Source: Candidatus Marinacidobacterales bacterium
Lineage (GTDB): Bacteria; Acidobacteriota; Vicinamibacteria; Marinacidobacterales; DATDRI01
Assembly: GCA_965226495.1 (NCBI GenBank)
Contig: OZ245365.1
Location: 3,168,001 to 3,232,000 of the forward strand
Reading direction: 5' to 3'
Length of the DNA stretch: 64,000 bases
The notes beneath the pieces are model-generated. The model did no database searches. It was not told the origin of the DNA and saw only the letters and a program-made list of their open reading frames with translations. Position 1 is the first letter of the stretch, and every line of letters starts with the position of its first letter. Position numbers and translations under genes: made by a program. This document shows, in pieces, positions 58,352 through 64,000 of this stretch.

Positions 58352-60934
58352 ATGAGCCTCAGCTTCACCCAGTATTGGCCCCTCCTCTTCATGTTGGTGG
58401 TCCCCTTCGTGTGGTGGATCCGGGTCCGCACCGCAACCGGGCTTACCCCTAGGCATCTGAGGCTTTCCGCTTTCGCGCGCTCCGCCGTCATCGTGCTTCT
58501 CGCTCTCGCGATCATGCGCCCGGTTTGGAATCGCACCGGGGTGTGGACATCGGTGGTCTACGTGCTCGACGTCTCCCGTAGCGTGTCCCCGGCCTTCGTT
58601 GACTCCGCGATACGGTGGATGGCTCAGGCGACCGAAGAAGGCGGGCCGCAGCATGCGCGCTACGTGGCCTTTGCGGCGGAGCCGGTTGTCGTGGAAGTCC
58701 CGGAGGAAATCCGAACGCTATCCGTGTCCACCGGCGAGCCCAACACAAGTTCGGCTGGACTTGCCCAAATCGTCCAAAGCTCCACCAACATCGAGAAAGC
58801 GCTCGGACGGGCGCTGCAACACTTCGCGCCGCATACCCTCAAACGCTTAGTACTGCTCACCGATGGTAACGAGACCGCGGGGGATCTAACCAAGGCCCTG
58901 GGGCTTGCCAAAGGAGGGGGGGTACGCGTGTTTGCCCTGCCCGCCACCGTGCGAGCCGAAACGGACTCCTGGATCGAGGCGATCGCCGTACCGGAGGAAG
59001 TGAGAGCCGACGAGCCGGTGGAAGTCGAAGTACAAGTATTCAGCCGAGTGGTCAATGAGAGGCCGATCGTGCTGCGACGCTCCGGCGAGGTCATCGCGCA
59101 AAGGGGTCTGGAATTGAAGCCCGGGTCAAACCGTAGCACGTTCGAGGTCCGCTTCCCGGATCAAGGCCTGGTCACACTGCAAGCGCGCCTCGGAGTGGAT
59201 GGAATCACCTTCCCCAAGAACGAGCATTATTCGAGATCGGTTTGGGTGAGCGGCCCGGCGCGGGTTCTCTATGTCGAGGGCCATGCCGCAAGCGCGCACT
59301 ACCTCGAAAGAGCTCTTGTGGCTTCGGGGATCGAAGTGGACACAGTTCCCCCAAGCGCCCTCTCCGCAAAGTCGAGCGACCTAACGGACTACGACGCGGT
59401 CATCCTTAGCGACCTACCTCCTCAAAACCTCAACGACGACCTGATGCGCGCTATCGAGAGTTACGTCCGCGATGAGGGTGGCGGACTCGTTTTCGCTGGG
59501 GGCGAGTCCAGCTACGGCAAGGAGGGCTATTCCGGATCGCCGGTCGAGAAGGTCTTGCCAATTTGGTTTCGCGTCGAAGAAGAACGAAAGGATCTCGCAC
59601 TTGTCATCACGCTCGACAAGTCCTACAGCATGAGCGGCGACAAGATGGAGCTGGCCAAGGAGGCGACCTTGGCGGCCCTCAGTCTTCTTCAAGACACGCA
59701 CCGTTTCGGTTTGGTGACTTTCAACTGGGATCCCTATGTGACGGTGCCACTGCAACTCGCGGAGAATCGCTCCGAGATTCAAGATGAAATCCGTCGCGTG
59801 CAAGCGAGCGCCCAAACGAACATCTTCCCTGCGTTGAGAAGCTCCTTTCGCCAACTGACAGGCTCCGATGCCAAGATCAAGCACATCATTCTGTTATCCG
59901 ACGGCAAGACTTACCCCGACGACTACCAAGGCCTCGTCGCTCGCATGGTGGAAGCCGACATCACGATCTCGACGGTGGCTGTCGGTGAAGAAGCGGATCG
60001 CGATCTCCTGGCGGAAATAGCCGAATGGGGAAAAGGTCGAACCTATTACATCGAGGACGCGGCGCGCGTTCCACAAATATTCATCGAAGAGACCCAGATC
60101 GCGGTCCAGGCGACGCTCGTCGAGGAGCCATTTCAACCGGTCTTGAGTCGACCCATCGAGGCGTTGATGGGAATCGATTTCTCGACCGCTCCCCGGCTAC
60201 GGGGCTACGTCAGTACACAACCGAAAGACACCGCCGAAGTCATACTCGAATCCGATTCCGGAGCGCCGATCTTGGCGCGGTGGCAATACGGGCTCGGCAA
60301 AACCGTGGCCTTCACGTCCGACGTCAAGAACCGCTGGGGAGTCGAGTGGCTAAGCTGGCCGGGCTACGGAAAATTCTGGTCTCAGCTCGTTCGCGAAACG
60401 TTGAGAGCTCCTCCCCGGCCTGAGTTGGAATTCCGCGTCCGCCGCGAGGGCGAAGAGGCGTTGATCAGCCTGACCGCCGTCAACGACGAGGGGCGCCACA
60501 TCGATGAGCTCAAGCCGGAGGTCGAGATCATCGACCCGAAGGGCAAGCAGAAACGCATGCCGTTACCCCAGGTGGGACCCGGCGCTTATCAAACCCGCGT
60601 GCCCCTTGCCGCTTGGTCTGACTCGGCCTACATCTTTAATATAAAGGAGCCCGCAACCGAGGCGAGCCGGGCGCTCTACTACGAATACCCCGACGAATAT
60701 CGATTCTACCCGCCTCGCATCGAGCTGCTGCGCACCGTCAGCGAGGAGACCGGAGGAAAGCTCAATCCTGATATCGAGGAAATTTTCGCAGACTACGGCG
60801 AGACAGTTTCCAGACCGGTCGAATTATGGCCGCTTCTTGCCATGCTCGCCCTCGTCGGCTACCTACTCGACATCGCGATCCGCCGGGCGCCGTGGGTTTG
60901 GGAGAGGCTGGAGTCTAGCAGTAAGGCTGGTTAG
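58352..60934 (+). CDS. Membrane protein with two VWA domains and a GATase1-like domain
   Basis: MIDAS DVSRSV and DKSYSM, LTDG and LSDG, YDAVILSD, WQYGLGK, C-terminal TM. Confidence 0.88.
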   Translation: MSLSFTQYWPLLFMLVVPFVWWIRVRTATGLTPRHLRLSAFARSAVIVLLALAIMRPVWNRTGVWTSVVYVLDVSRSVSPAFVDSAIRWMAQATEEGGPQHARYVAFAAEPVVVEVPEEIRTLSVSTGEPNTSSAGLAQIVQSSTNIEKALGRALQHFAPHTLKRLVLLTDGNETAGDLTKALGLAKGGGVRVFALPATVRAETDSWIEAIAVPEEVRADEPVEVEVQVFSRVVNERPIVLRRSGEVIAQRGLELKPGSNRSTFEVRFPDQGLVTLQARLGVDGITFPKNEHYSRSVWVSGPARVLYVEGHAASAHYLERALVASGIEVDTVPPSALSAKSSDLTDYDAVILSDLPPQNLNDDLMRAIESYVRDEGGGLVFAGGESSYGKEGYSGSPVEKVLPIWFRVEEERKDLALVITLDKSYSMSGDKMELAKEATLAALSLLQDTHRFGLVTFNWDPYVTVPLQLAENRSEIQDEIRRVQASAQTNIFPALRSSFRQLTGSDAKIKHIILLSDGKTYPDDYQGLVARMVEADITISTVAVGEEADRDLLAEIAEWGKGRTYYIEDAARVPQIFIEETQIAVQATLVEEPFQPVLSRPIEALMGIDFSTAPRLRGYVSTQPKDTAEVILESDSGAPILARWQYGLGKTVAFTSDVKNRWGVEWLSWPGYGKFWSQLVRETLRAPPRPELEFRVRREGEEALISLTAVNDEGRHIDELKPEVEIIDPKGKQKRMPLPQVGPGAYQTRVPLAAWSDSAYIFNIKEPATEASRALYYEYPDEYRFYPPRIELLRTVSEETGGKLNPDIEEIFADYGETVSRPVELWPLLAMLALVGYLLDIAIRRAPWVWERLESSSKAG

Positions 60935-61044
60935 TGCCCGATGAATGGGCGCGACCATTGCCGTAACCACATGACACGACCGCCGTTGCAAGATCGGCCC
61001 CCCCGATGGTAGCCTTGACGCTCGGTTAGGTTGGAAACTATTTG

Positions 61045-63711
61045 ATGGCCATCCCGGCCCACACGCGTATCGGTTCCTACGAAGTCGTCTCCCCACTTGG
61101 TTCTGGCGGCATGGGTGACGTGTATCGAGCGAGGGATACAAACCTTCGCCGCGACGTTGCCATCAAAGTGCTGCCAGATGAATTCGCCAAAGATCCTGAG
61201 CGCCTCGCTCGGTTCGAGCGTGAGGCACGTATCCTCGCCTCGCTAAACCATCCGAACCTCGCGGCGGTATACGGTCTAGAGAAATCCGCGGACCTCGTCT
61301 ACCTCGTGATGGAGCTGGTACCCGGCGAGACTCTCGGTCAAAAACTGAACCACGGTCCGCTCGACCCTCGGCTCTCGCTCAACCTGTTTCATCAGATCGC
61401 TCAGGGTTTGGAAGCGGCCCACGATAAGGGCATCATCCATCGAGACCTCAAACCGGAAAATATCAGGATAACCCCGGAGAAACGCGTCAAGGTCCTGGAC
61501 TTCGGTCTCGCGAAGGCGTTCGCGCCACAATCTGAGGAGAAGAACGCAAAGTCCGCCACCGCGACATTCCAAGGAAACAGTCACGGCCTGATCATGGGAA
61601 CCCCCGCCTACATGAGCCCCGAGCAGGCCCGAGGACAGTCGCTCGACAAGCGAACCGATATCTGGTCGTTCGGGGTGTGCTTGTACGAAACGCTCGCTGG
61701 TCGTCACCCATTCCAGAGAGAGACCGTTTCCGATGTCATCGCAGCGATCCTCGGGAGCGAGCCGGACTGGAACCTACTACCGAAATCGACTCCTCGTGGC
61801 GTGCGGAGGCTCATCAAAACGTGCCTTCAAAAAGACACCGATCAGCGCCTTCATGATATTGCCGATGCGCGGATCGACATCGGCGACGTCGTCTCGGTAG
61901 CCTCCGGCGCCACCCCCATCGACATCGAGCCGTCTCCGAACTGGCTGAAGAAAGTGCTTTGGCCGGTAGGGATCATCGCAGCAACGCTCCTCGTCGGCCT
62001 CGCGATCCGCGGTCTGGTCCCGAGCAGCGAATCAAACGTCCGGCCCATGCGACGGTTCACCATGGGCCTTCCACCGACGATCCCGTTGGCTGTTGGCTCT
62101 GGGCCGGCGCTAGCTCTTTCACCGGACGGAACTCGCTTTGTTTATGCCACGCGGCGAGGCGGCAAATCGCAACTGTACCTACGCAACATGGACGATCTCG
62201 AGCCGACTCCGATCCCGGGTACCGAAGAAGGGCTCGGTCCTTTCTTTTCTCCCGACGGAAATTGGTTGGGCTTCTTCGCCGCGGGGAAGTTAAAGACGGT
62301 GCCACTTGCCGGCGGGAGGGCAATTACTCTTGCCGACAGTCCGAGTCCGCGAGGCGCAAGTTGGGGCCCGGACGGCACGATCGTGTTCGCCCCGCTTACG
62401 GTGAGCGGGCTATCGACGGTTTCCACGACCGGTTCTGGTCTTAGCGTTCTGACATCACTGGGCTCGGTAGAAGGCGAGAAGAGTCACCGCTGGCCCAGTT
62501 TCCTTCCCGGCGGAGAGACTGTCCTCTACACCAGTTGGACAAACGGACGTTACGACATCGAAGCGGTTTCGATGAAAACCCGTGAACACAAGACGCTCAT
62601 CGAAGACGGTGCGTACGGCCGTTACTCACCGACCGGGCACCTGGTGTTCGCCCGCGCCGGATCGCTCTTCGCCACCCATTTCGATCCGTCGAGGCTCGAG
62701 ATCGGAGAACCCGTCGAGGTCGTCGAAGGCGTCATGATGGATTCGCAAACGGGCGCCGCATTTTTCAGCTTCGCCGACGACGGGCTGATGGTGTATGCGC
62801 CCGGCGGTGCCCACCCACCTCATTCCGGTGGGACCGGAGTCTTGCTGTCGGTGGATCGCCAGGGCGTAGCGCGCCCGCTCGCTCCGATCCAGAGAGCCTT
62901 TCAGCTTCCGCGCATGTCACCGATCGATCCAGGACGCTTGATCGCCACCATCACCGAAGGAGGTAAGACAGACGTTTGGGCGTACGAGATCGGGCGCGGG
63001 GCGACGACGCGACTCACGTTCGAGGCAAGCAACGGGGCCGCAGTGTGGACACCCGATGGGAAGCAGATCACCTTCGCCTCCGATCGGGTCGGCTCTTTCA
63101 GCCTTTTTGCCAAGCCCGCCGACGGAAGCGGTAAGGCAGAGCAGCTCCTCGAAAGCGCCTACCCACAGTTCCCTAGTTCCTGGTCACCGGATGGGCAATA
63201 CCTTGCGCTGACTGAAATCCACCCTTCTTCCGGTTTGGATATCCTCCTCTTGAAGAAGGGCACCGCGCAACCCGAGCCCGTCATGGCGAGTACGTACAAC
63301 GAAAGCGGCGCGATGTTCTCGCCAGATGGTAAATGGATTGCGTACGTCTCCGATGAATCGGGCCAAGACGAGGTCTACGTACGGGCTCATCCGAGCGGTG
63401 GAAAATTTCAAATTTCCGGCGATGGCGGGACCGAACCGGTCTGGGCCCGCAACGGGCGAGCGCTCTTCTATCGACGCGGAGATTGGGTAATGGCGGTCGG
63501 CGTAGAAGCGCAGTCAGAGTTCAAGGCAGGCAGACCGCAGGCACTCTTCGAGGCTCCTTACGACGAGGCCGGGGCCGCCAATTCCAACTACGACACGACC
63601 GCGGACGGTGGCTTTGTGATGGTTCGGAGTGAGCAAGAGTCGGAGGCGGCGCGACTGCTCGTCGTGACCAACTGGTTCGAAGAGTTGAAACGCCGCGCAC
63701 CGAGAGACTAG
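61045..63711 (+). CDS. Ser/Thr protein kinase with TM and TolB/PD40 beta-propeller repeats
   Basis: [20 protein letters not shown]; repeated FSPDG/WSPDG motifs. Confidence 0.93.
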   Translation: MAIPAHTRIGSYEVVSPLGSGGMGDVYRARDTNLRRDVAIKVLPDEFAKDPERLARFEREARILASLNHPNLAAVYGLEKSADLVYLVMELVPGETLGQKLNHGPLDPRLSLNLFHQIAQGLEAAHDKGIIHRDLKPENIRITPEKRVKVLDFGLAKAFAPQSEEKNAKSATATFQGNSHGLIMGTPAYMSPEQARGQSLDKRTDIWSFGVCLYETLAGRHPFQRETVSDVIAAILGSEPDWNLLPKSTPRGVRRLIKTCLQKDTDQRLHDIADARIDIGDVVSVASGATPIDIEPSPNWLKKVLWPVGIIAATLLVGLAIRGLVPSSESNVRPMRRFTMGLPPTIPLAVGSGPALALSPDGTRFVYATRRGGKSQLYLRNMDDLEPTPIPGTEEGLGPFFSPDGNWLGFFAAGKLKTVPLAGGRAITLADSPSPRGASWGPDGTIVFAPLTVSGLSTVSTTGSGLSVLTSLGSVEGEKSHRWPSFLPGGETVLYTSWTNGRYDIEAVSMKTREHKTLIEDGAYGRYSPTGHLVFARAGSLFATHFDPSRLEIGEPVEVVEGVMMDSQTGAAFFSFADDGLMVYAPGGAHPPHSGGTGVLLSVDRQGVARPLAPIQRAFQLPRMSPIDPGRLIATITEGGKTDVWAYEIGRGATTRLTFEASNGAAVWTPDGKQITFASDRVGSFSLFAKPADGSGKAEQLLESAYPQFPSSWSPDGQYLALTEIHPSSGLDILLLKKGTAQPEPVMASTYNESGAMFSPDGKWIAYVSDESGQDEVYVRAHPSGGKFQISGDGGTEPVWARNGRALFYRRGDWVMAVGVEAQSEFKAGRPQALFEAPYDEAGAANSNYDTTADGGFVMVRSEQESEAARLLVVTNWFEELKRRAPRD

Positions 63712-63719
63712 GGGCTTTG

Positions 63720-63842
63720 ATGATCGCTGGCCTTCCCTGGACCGCCTGGCTGCTTTGGATCGCCGCCATCGGCTTGGGCTTGGCGATCGAGCTCGTGTTC
63801 TACTTACGCCACCAACGCGGCGCCGAGGACGAATCGAACTAG
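63720..63842 (+). CDS. 40-aa single-TM protein, likely symporter accessory subunit
   Basis: MIAGLPWTAWLLWIAAIGLGLAIELVFYLRHQRGAEDESN; ends 4 nt before the symporter ATG; absent from the ORF track. Confidence 0.6.
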   Translation: MIAGLPWTAWLLWIAAIGLGLAIELVFYLRHQRGAEDESN

Positions 63843-63846
63843 GCTT

Positions 63847-64000
63847 ATGGCGTCCGCCACTATCATCGCCGTTCTCGTCGTCTACCTCGTCGTCCTCCTT
63901 GTCATCGGTGCTTGGGCGAGCCGCGACTCGACGACCGTAGCCGGCTACTACCTTGCCGAGAAGCAACTCCCCTCTTGGGTGATCGCCTTCAGTTCAAATT
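63847..64000 (+). CDS. Sodium:solute symporter (SSS/PutP-like), N-terminus (partial)
   Basis: VYLVVLLVIGAWAS...YYLAEKQLPSWVIAFS; runs off the window end. Confidence 0.8.
   Translation, partial: MASATIIAVLVVYLVVLLVIGAWASRDSTTVAGYYLAEKQLPSWVIAFSSN

Noticed and set aside
327-63966. Most remaining ORF-track entries (for example 9221-10192, 17123-18271, 40942-42108, 50540-51778, 56639-58033)
   Set aside because: Antisense or alternate-frame shadows of real genes, as expected in GC-rich DNA; no recognisable motifs.

Overview
GC-rich bacterial DNA. The gene set (orphan MFP-ABC operon, Ser/Thr kinases with an ECF sigma factor, CRTAC1/ASPIC-UnbV and LVIVD propeller proteins) suggests an Acidobacteriota genome, which is inference only. 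The left third (about 4.1-20.9 kb) is a mosaic of gene fragments and mobile-element debris: an ISKra4-like remnant, two rve/IS481-like transposases, three of the window's four IS91/ISCR-type 3' remnants, a degenerate attC site, a serine-recombinase remnant and a DUF433/DUF5615 toxin-antitoxin pair. This mosaic sits inside a broken sensor-kinase gene whose two halves lie about 16.8 kb apart. The rest is mostly intact. The strongest hidden signal is a lipoprotein gene (48799-45686, minus strand) that the ORF track splits at a single in-frame TGA (46897-46895). That TGA is followed after 11 nt by a SECIS-like hairpin. Readthrough gives a 1037-aa FG-GAP/ASPIC-UnbV-thioredoxin fusion, translationally coupled to a DsbD N-domain gene: a candidate extracytoplasmic selenoprotein redox module. 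Other candidates are two paralogous His-rich LVIVD + YncE propeller pairs, each divergent from MoxR/VWA genes, and an HNH-nuclease gene bracketed by related 18-bp palindromes. All family calls come from motif recognition by eye; no searches were run.
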